A stretch of 64,000 bases of DNA from the NCBI GenBank assembly GCA_035285865.1, contig JAYKHS010000014.1:123811-187810 (forward strand), written 5' to 3'. The translations under genes and the position numbers were made by a program. Of this stretch, positions 61,068 to 64,000 are shown piece by piece. Every line of letters begins with the position of its first letter. Within the stretch, counting starts at the first letter, position 1. The stretch is from Candidatus Sericytochromatia bacterium (GTDB lineage Bacteria; Cyanobacteriota; Sericytochromatia; S15B-MN24; VGJW01). Below the pieces are notes generated by a model that was not told the DNA's origin, ran no database searches, and saw nothing but the letters and a program-made list of their open reading frames with translations.

Positions 61068-61068
<1 letters not shown>
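60211..61068 (+). CDS. 3-hydroxyacyl-CoA (3-hydroxybutyryl-CoA) dehydrogenase
   Basis: [14 protein letters not shown] Rossmann motif and a 3HCDH C-terminal domain. Confidence 0.95.
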
Positions 61069-62240
<1,172 letters not shown>

Positions 62241-62244
62241 GCCT

Positions 62245-64000
62245 CTATCCAGTCAGCAGCTTGGCCCGCTCTCTCAGGCGTTCGAGATCGAATGCCGCGA
62301 TGGAGCGGGCCGATTGCATCAGGATCTGCTGACGGGCTTGCAGGGTGGCCTCCTCCGCGAGGTCGGCCTCGACCAGGTCCGATTGGGATTTGCGGGCCAT
62401 CAGGCCTTGTGTTCCCAGTGCGGCAATCTGGTGGCCGACGCGGTTCATGTAGGAGCCCACGCGGTTCAGCCGCCGCGTCAAGGCCTCGATGGCGCCGTCG
62501 CACAGCGTGATGGCTTCGCCGGCCTCGTCAAGCTCCATCAGGCAGATGCCGCCGAGTCCGAGCGTCTCGACCGTCACGGCCTCCAGCTCCCAAGTCCGGC
62601 TGTCGCTGGCGTGGACTCCACCCTGGATCTCCAGTTCGAGCGCCCCGGTGGCGCTGGGGTCCAGGCGGTCATAGGTGATGCGGACATTGTTGCCGTCCCC
62701 GGACAGCGCGTGGTCGCCGACGAGCTCGATGCGGTACTCGCTGTAGAGTTGCACCCCCTTGTAGACCGTTCCGGGGGTCGGGGGGTGCAGGTACCAGCCA
62801 TCTCCGGCGAGGCTTGCCGCGCGTGGGATCGTGCTGCCGTTCACCACCACGTCGATCGTGTCCTCGTCCACGAGTAGCCCCGTGGGCGAGACGCGGAAGC
62901 CCGTGCTGCAGCCGTCGTTGCTGCCTTGCGGGATCGTGAGCAGGAACGTGTTGTCGCCGGTTACGGCATAGCTGATCCGGAAGGTGGTGCTGCCGACGGA
63001 GGCGTCCTTCTTGGGCTCGAGAATCTCGATGCGGGTGTTCCCCAGGATGGGTTGGAACCCGCTCCCGCTGCCCGTCGTGTCCTCAAGCAGCGGGACACCA
63101 TCCATGGTGACCTCGAGCGAGGTCCGGTCGGCATAGATCAGGGCCTGTGCCGGAATCGTTAGATTGGTGGGTGTCCAGTTGTCGTCCGGCGTGCCGTCGG
63201 AAAAGGCACGAATGCTCGTGGAGGTGCCCGACATGGCTGTCGGCAGGATCGACGGGGAGGTGATGTCGATCCTGCGGGTGTCACTGGTGTAGAGGGTCCA
63301 TCCGCTGGTGCGCGTGGTGCCGTTGGTGATGACCTTGACGGCATCGGGGTCGGCTGCACCGGCACCCTGGACGAGGCCGGCGCCGTCCGGTGGCGCGAGG
63401 CCCCAGTAGTCGGGCCTGACGCCCAGTTGCACCTCGAGGATGCCGTCGGTGTCCTGCGCGAGACCGGCATCAGCGTAGTAGCGCACGCCGAGACTCTGGG
63501 ACAACGTACCTTGGGATGAGCCTCTGTAGGTCAGGGTTTTGCTGGCGCTGTCGTAAACCAGATCGTTGACGCCGCCCGACCCGGCCGAAACGGGCCGGAT
63601 CGCCGTGCTGTCGCGCAGACCGGCGATGGCCTGCGCGGCGGTCGCATCGTCGAGGCCGTAGGTTTCCGGCGTTTCGGCGAAGACCAGGTCGACCGCACCG
63701 TCCCCGTCATCGTTGCGCGGGGTCATGTTGCCGCCGGCCGCTACGTTGAAGTCCGTCCTGTAGGCCACCCGGATGGTTTGTGAACCCGTCGGCCGCGCGT
63801 TGCCATGAATGCGGATGCTGTTGTTATCGAAGAAGCTCCAGCCATTGGTGCCCGTGGGGTCGTAGGCGACGGTGTTGCCGCCCGTGCTGACGATGACGGA
63901 GGCAGCGGTCGTGCTGCGTGCGGTGCTGTCAGAGATACCGGCCGCCACGGAACTCAACTGGTACTGCACGGGGGCATAGGTCAGATCGACCTGCACATAG
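62245..64000 (-). CDS. flagellin-like protein with very large Thr/Ser/Gly-rich central region (partial; N-terminus beyond window)
   Basis: C-terminal ~80 aa align with flagellin D1/D0 (VGSYMNRVGHQIAALG...QQILMQSARSIAAFDL). More than 480 aa of variable, beta-rich sequence lie upstream. The ORF is still open at the window end. Confidence 0.45.
   Translation of the reverse strand, partial: YVQVDLTYAPVQYQLSSVAAGISDSTARSTTAASVIVSTGGNTVAYDPTGTNGWSFFDNNSIRIHGNARPTGSQTIRVAYRTDFNVAAGGNMTPRNDDGDGAVDLVFAETPETYGLDDATAAQAIAGLRDSTAIRPVSAGSGGVNDLVYDSASKTLTYRGSSQGTLSQSLGVRYYADAGLAQDTDGILEVQLGVRPDYWGLAPPDGAGLVQGAGAADPDAVKVITNGTTRTSGWTLYTSDTRRIDITSPSILPTAMSGTSTSIRAFSDGTPDDNWTPTNLTIPAQALIYADRTSLEVTMDGVPLLEDTTGSGSGFQPILGNTRIEILEPKKDASVGSTTFRISYAVTGDNTFLLTIPQGSNDGCSTGFRVSPTGLLVDEDTIDVVVNGSTIPRAASLAGDGWYLHPPTPGTVYKGVQLYSEYRIELVGDHALSGDGNNVRITYDRLDPSATGALELEIQGGVHASDSRTWELEAVTVETLGLGGICLMELDEAGEAITLCDGAIEALTRRLNRVGSYMNRVGHQIAALGTQGLMARKSQSDLVEADLAEEATLQARQQILMQSARSIAAFDLERLRERAKLLTG

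Overview
This is a 64 kb high-GC (about 68-70% by eye) bacterial chromosomal segment, densely coded on both strands. Many neighbouring genes are translationally coupled through ATGA, GTGA or TTGA start/stop overlaps. No rRNA, tRNA, CRISPR array or IS/transposase was recognised. Housekeeping genes present: relA/spoT (partial), apt, efp-accB-accC-nusB-ftsY, divergent asnS/aspS, trx, pirin, and a beta-oxidation operon (crotonase-thiolase-HBD-ACAD). Stress genes: hsp20 and a DnaJ-class gene each preceded by a HAIR-like (HspR-type) inverted repeat, htrA, and a Spy/CpxP-like gene with an ECF sigma and anti-sigma. Accessory content worth a second look: (i) a co-directional run of lipoproteins at 1.7-11.1 kb made of two paralogous Kelch beta-propellers, a small lipoprotein, an S8 subtilase, a TPR protein, two NHL-like propellers and an M24 peptidase; its first four genes are start/stop-coupled; (ii) a complete TerY-P triad (TerY-like vWA, PP2C phosphatase, Ser/Thr kinase) flanked by a second vWA protein and a metallo-beta-lactamase-fold lipoprotein; (iii) an SbcD/Mre11-like nuclease plus a membrane-anchored SbcC/YhaN-like ATPase coupled to a beta-class N6/N4 DNA methyltransferase, a possible RM-like or defence module; (iv) a four-gene operon (heme-oxygenase-like/CADD-like protein, enolase-superfamily enzyme, GH3 amido-synthetase, ICMT-type membrane methyltransferase) that looks like a small-metabolite pathway; (v) a large adenylate cyclase-AAA-TPR protein, a frameshifted GntP permease pseudogene, an FGE-family lipoprotein, and a very large flagellin-like gene running off the window end. 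Many long ORFs antisense to real genes are high-GC artefacts and were rejected.
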